Shown: one piece after another, positions 25,257 to 28,743 of the stretch
Numbering within the stretch: the first letter of the stretch is position 1
Layout: every line of letters starts with the position of its first letter
IMG/VR virus record: IMGVR_UViG_2711768054_000001
DNA: 28,743 bases
Reading direction: 5' to 3' (one strand)
Source: a virus
Lineage: Duplodnaviria; Heunggongvirae; Uroviricota; Caudoviricetes
Notes under the pieces: model-generated
The model's input: only the letters and a program-made list of their open reading frames with translations
Told to the model about the DNA's origin: nothing
Database searches by the model: none
Made by a program: the position numbers and the translations under genes

Positions 25257-25835
25257 ATGAACGCACAATTAACCGAAATCATGCGCCTTATCACCAACCT
25301 GATCCGCACAGGGGTAGTCACCGAAGTGGACAGGGAAAACTGGCTTTGCCGGGTGAAAACGGGCGAGCTTGAAACCAACTGGATCAGCTGGCTGACGCTG
25401 CGTGCCGGGAATGCCCGTACATGGTGGCGACCATCGGAAGGTGAGCAGGTGGTGCTGCTGAGTCTGGGCGGCAATCTGGAAACCGCCTTTGCGCTGCCCG
25501 CTGTCTATTCGAATCAGTTCGCACCACCGTCGACGTCGGCGGACGCCTGCGTGACAGAACATCCTGACGGTGGCTGGTTTGAATACGAACCCGCCACCGG
25601 GCGCTGGTATGTCAGGGGCATCAAATCAATGGTCATTGAGGCTGCTGACAACATCACCATGAAAACCAGTGAGTTTGTACTGGAGGCTGACCGCACGCGC
25701 ATTAACAGCGAAGTGGTGATCAATGGTGGCGTTACCCAGGGCGGCGGAGCGATGAGTTCTAACGGGATCGTGGTTGATGCGCATCAGCATACTGGCGTCC
25801 TGAAAGGCGGCGATACAACCGGAGGCCCGGTATGA
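25257..25835 (+). CDS. V: Baseplate spike/assembly protein (P2 gpV-like)
   Basis: Resembles P2 gpV (IRTGVVTEVD, WISWLTLRAGNARTWWRPSEGEQVVLLSLGGNLETAFALPAVYS, SSNGIVVDAHQHTG). Confidence 0.9.
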   Translation: MNAQLTEIMRLITNLIRTGVVTEVDRENWLCRVKTGELETNWISWLTLRAGNARTWWRPSEGEQVVLLSLGGNLETAFALPAVYSNQFAPPSTSADACVTEHPDGGWFEYEPATGRWYVRGIKSMVIEAADNITMKTSEFVLEADRTRINSEVVINGGVTQGGGAMSSNGIVVDAHQHTGVLKGGDTTGGPV

Positions 25836-26191
25836 CGCTTTATAGCGGGATGAACAATACCAGCGGCAAAGTCATTACTGATATTGATCATCTGCGCCAG
25901 TCGGTGCGGGACATTCTGCTGACACCGCAGGGTAGCCGTATTGCCCGCCGGGAATATGGTTCCCTGCTGTCGGCACTGATAGATCAGCCACAAAATCCGG
26001 CATTACGCCTGCAGGTCATGTCGGCAGTGTATGTGGCGCTGAGTCGCTGGGAGCCACGGTTGACGCTGGATTCCATCACCATCAACAGCAATTTTGACGG
26101 TTCAATGGTGGTGGAGCTGACCGGGCGGCGGAATAACGGTGTGCCTGTGTCCCTTTCCGTATCAACAGGAGCAGAGAATGGCAGTGATTGA
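25832..26191 (+). CDS. W: Baseplate protein (P2 gpW-like, GPW/gp25 family)
   Basis: 119 aa; ATGA overlap with V; position and size match P2 gpW. Confidence 0.85.
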   Translation: MTLYSGMNNTSGKVITDIDHLRQSVRDILLTPQGSRIARREYGSLLSALIDQPQNPALRLQVMSAVYVALSRWEPRLTLDSITINSNFDGSMVVELTGRRNNGVPVSLSVSTGAENGSD

Positions 26192-27086
26192 CCTTTCGCA
26201 GTTGCCTGCACCGCAGATTGTGGATGTGCCGGACTTTGAGACGCTGCTTGCCGAACGCAAGGCAGAGTTTGTGGCGCTTCATCCGAAAGATGAGCAGGAA
26301 GCAGTGATCCGCACGCTGGAACTGGAATCTGAACCCGCCACTAAATTGTTGCAGGAGAACGCTTACCGTGAGTTGCTTCTGCGCCAGCGCATTAACGAAG
26401 CCGCGCAGGCGGTGATGGTGGCTTACGCGATGGGCGGCGATCTTGACCAGCTCGCTGCCAACTACAACGTGACACGCCTGACGGTGACGCCTGCTGATAA
26501 TGATGCTGTGCCGCCCGTTGCAGCTGTGATGGAAAGCGATGAAGCGTTGCGCCTGCGTGTGCCTGCAGCCTTTGAAGGGCTTTCTGTTGCGGGGCCAACT
26601 GCAGCTTATGAATTTCATGCCCGAAGCGCCGACGGTCGGGTGGCGGATGCCAGTGCAACCAGCCCGGCACCTGCAGAGGTGGTGCTGACTGTCCTTAGCC
26701 GCGAAGGCGATGGAACTGCAGAAAAAGACCTGCTGGACGTGGTGGAAAAAGCTCTGAACAGTGAGAACGTCCGCCCGGTGGCTGACCGTCTTACGGTTCG
26801 CAGCGCAGAAATCATCCCGTATCGCGTGGAAGCCACCATTTTTCTCTATCCTGGACCGGAAGCAGAGCCGGTAATGGCAGCGGCAAAAGCCAGCCTGCAG
26901 AAGTACATCGCCAGTCAGACGCGTCTTGGTCGGGATATTCGCCGTAGCGCCATCTTTGCCGCCCTGCATGTTGAGGGGGTGCAGCGTGTGGAGCTGGCTT
27001 CTCCTCTGGCGGATGTGGTCCTGAACAAAACACAGGCGGCATCATGTACGCAGTGGAGCGTAACCAACGGAGGAACGGATGAATAG
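26178..27086 (+). CDS. J: Baseplate assembly protein (P2 gpJ-like)
   Basis: MAVIDLSQLPAPQIVDVPDFETLLAERKAEF...HVEGVQRVELASPLADVVLN... resembles P2 gpJ; ATG at 26178 preceded by RBS AGGAG. Confidence 0.9.
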   Translation: MAVIDLSQLPAPQIVDVPDFETLLAERKAEFVALHPKDEQEAVIRTLELESEPATKLLQENAYRELLLRQRINEAAQAVMVAYAMGGDLDQLAANYNVTRLTVTPADNDAVPPVAAVMESDEALRLRVPAAFEGLSVAGPTAAYEFHARSADGRVADASATSPAPAEVVLTVLSREGDGTAEKDLLDVVEKALNSENVRPVADRLTVRSAEIIPYRVEATIFLYPGPEAEPVMAAAKASLQKYIASQTRLGRDIRRSAIFAALHVEGVQRVELASPLADVVLNKTQAASCTQWSVTNGGTDE

Positions 27087-27684
27087 TCTGCTGCCACCGG
27101 GTTCAACACCACTGGAGCGCCGACTGGCGCAAACCTGCAGCGGGATTTCTGATCTGCAGGTGCCGCTTCGTGTCTTGTGGAATCCGGCAACCTGTCCGGT
27201 CAGTTTCCTGCCTTATCTCGCCTGGGCGTTCTCTGTGGATCGCTGGGACGAGGGCTGGACAGAAAGCGTCAAGCGCCAGGTGGTGAAGGATGCTTTTTAT
27301 ATTCATCAGCATAAAGGGACCACCAGTGCCGTGCGGCGGGTGGTGGAGCCGTTCGGATTCCTGATCCGCATTATTGAGTGGTGGCAGACCGGAGAAACAC
27401 CGGGCACGTTTCGCCTGGATATCGGCGTGCAGGACCAGGGCATCACTGAAGATACCTATCTGGAACTTGAGCGACTGATAAGCGATGCCAAACCATGTAG
27501 CCGCCACATGATCGGCATGTCCATCAATCTGCAGACCAGCGGCCCGCATTGGGTGGGAGCCGCCAGCTATCTTGGCGAAGAAATCACGATCTATCCGTAT
27601 ATCAACGAAACGATTATTTCCGGTGGCACCGCGCATGAAGGCGGGGCGGTCCATGTTATTGACACAATGAGAGTGAATCCATGA
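27079..27684 (+). CDS. I: Tail protein I (P2 gpI-like)
   Basis: 201 aa; overlaps the J stop; position matches P2 gpI. Confidence 0.85.
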   Translation: MNSLLPPGSTPLERRLAQTCSGISDLQVPLRVLWNPATCPVSFLPYLAWAFSVDRWDEGWTESVKRQVVKDAFYIHQHKGTTSAVRRVVEPFGFLIRIIEWWQTGETPGTFRLDIGVQDQGITEDTYLELERLISDAKPCSRHMIGMSINLQTSGPHWVGAASYLGEEITIYPYINETIISGGTAHEGGAVHVIDTMRVNP

Positions 27685-28743
27685 GCACAAAATTTTATAC
27701 CCTGCTGACGGATATTGGCGCGGCGAAACTTGCCAGCGCCGCCGCGCTCGGTGTGCCGCTAAAAATTACCCATATGGCGGTGGGCGATGGCGGTGGAGTA
27801 TTGCCAACGCCGGACGCAAAGCAGACGGCACTGGTAAATGAGAAACGCCGGGCTGCGCTGAATATGCTTTATATCGACCCGCAGAACAGCAGCCAGATTA
27901 TTGCCGAACAGGTGATCCCTGAAAACGAGGGCGGTTGGTGGATACGTGAAGTGGGCTTGTTTGATGAGTCCGGGGCATTGATTGCCGTGGGCAACTGCCC
28001 GGAAAGCTATAAGCCGCAACTGGCTGAAGGTAGCGGGCGCACTCAGACCGTGCGCATGGTGCTGATTACCAGCAGCACGGACAATATCACCCTGAAAATC
28101 GACCCTGCTGTAGTGCTGGCAACCCGCAAGTATGTGGATGACAAGGCACTGGAGCTGAAGGTGTACGCGGATGATCAGATGGCAAAACATCTTGTCGCAC
28201 CGGACCCGCATTCACAGTACGCGCCAAAAGCCAGCCCGACATTTACCGGAACCCCCAAAGCGCCAACGCCAGCGGCGGGGAATAATACCACGCAGGTTGC
28301 GACCACTGCGTTTGTACAGGCGGCACTGACGGCCCTTATTAATGGTGCGCCAGCCACGCTGGACACGCTGAAAGAAATAGCCGCAGCCATTAACAATGAT
28401 CCGAATTTCAGTACCACCATTAACAATGCGCTGGCACTAAAAGCACCGTTGTCGAGTCCGGCACTCACCGGAACGCCAACAGCCCCCACGGCGGCGCAGT
28501 CGGTCAACAATACACAGATTGCCACTACGGCTTTTGTGAAATCGGCGATTGCAGGAATGGTGGGTTCTGCACCTGCTGCACTGGATACACTGAACGAACT
28601 GGCGGCGGCACTGGGGAATGATCCGAACTTTGCCACGACAATGCTTAATGCGCTGGCAGGTAAACAACCGCTGGACAATACGCTTACCAATTTGAGTGGA
28701 AAGGATGTAGCTGGTCTTCTCACATACCTTGGTTTGGGAGAAG
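27681..28743 (+). CDS. H: Tail fibre protein (P2 gpH-like), 5-prime portion; continues beyond the window
   Basis: MSTKFYTLLTDIGAAKLASAAALGVPLKITHMAVGDGGG... resembles the P2 gpH N-terminus; contains the repeated NTQ(V/I)ATTAFV...LDTL(K/N)E(I/L)AAA(I/L)(N/G)NDPNF motifs; no stop before the window ends (ATG at 27681, ATGA overlap with I). Confidence 0.9.
   Translation, partial: MSTKFYTLLTDIGAAKLASAAALGVPLKITHMAVGDGGGVLPTPDAKQTALVNEKRRAALNMLYIDPQNSSQIIAEQVIPENEGGWWIREVGLFDESGALIAVGNCPESYKPQLAEGSGRTQTVRMVLITSSTDNITLKIDPAVVLATRKYVDDKALELKVYADDQMAKHLVAPDPHSQYAPKASPTFTGTPKAPTPAAGNNTTQVATTAFVQAALTALINGAPATLDTLKEIAAAINNDPNFSTTINNALALKAPLSSPALTGTPTAPTAAQSVNNTQIATTAFVKSAIAGMVGSAPAALDTLNELAAALGNDPNFATTMLNALAGKQPLDNTLTNLSGKDVAGLLTYLGLGE

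Noticed and set aside
26082-26969. 295-aa minus-strand ORF overlapping baseplate gene J
   Set aside because: Antisense to a clearly conserved gpJ; Cys/Arg/His-rich translation; rejected as a shadow ORF.
28175-28723. 182-aa minus-strand ORF inside tail-fibre gene H
   Set aside because: Ala/Ser-rich antisense frame of the repetitive fibre gene; no RBS; spurious.
1-28743. CRISPR arrays, rRNA or complete tRNA/tmRNA genes
   Set aside because: No short regularly spaced direct repeats and no rRNA-like sequence were seen; only the 45-nt tmRNA 3-prime fragment is present.

Overview
This looks like an Enterobacteriaceae (E. coli-like) chromosomal segment made of two mobile elements integrated in tandem at the ssrA (tmRNA) attachment site. 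All calls are from reading the sequence and ORF translations by eye; no database search was run. (1) Positions 1-5809 are the integrase-proximal end of a P4/CP4-57-family integrative island. It carries the right end of an IS3 element (1-298), an AT-rich two-gene module (a histidine-kinase-like ATPase whose 5-prime end appears cut off by the IS3, followed by a receiver-domain protein with a large unknown C-terminal domain), a small convergent membrane protein and a P4-type integrase. (2) A 45-nt copy of the ssrA 3-prime end (5810-5854, minus strand) separates it from a P2/186-like prophage that fills the rest of the window. The prophage runs int, CI-like repressor, cox/apl-like, cII-like, small ORFs, TraR/DksA, Dam methylase, replication gene A, a LexA-box-controlled DinI/Tum-like module, a candidate cos site, portal Q, terminase P, then O, N, M, L, X, holin, endolysin, LysA, spanins, R, S, V, W, J, I and the 5-prime part of tail-fibre H. 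Three AT-rich cargo loci carry no recognisable phage function and are the best candidates for an undescribed system, possibly phage defence: the kinase/receiver pair at 294-3888, a 327-aa membrane protein translationally coupled to the P2-type integrase (5971-6954), and a 469-aa protein between the candidate cos site and the portal gene (14981-16390). No CRISPR array, rRNA or complete tRNA/tmRNA gene was seen.
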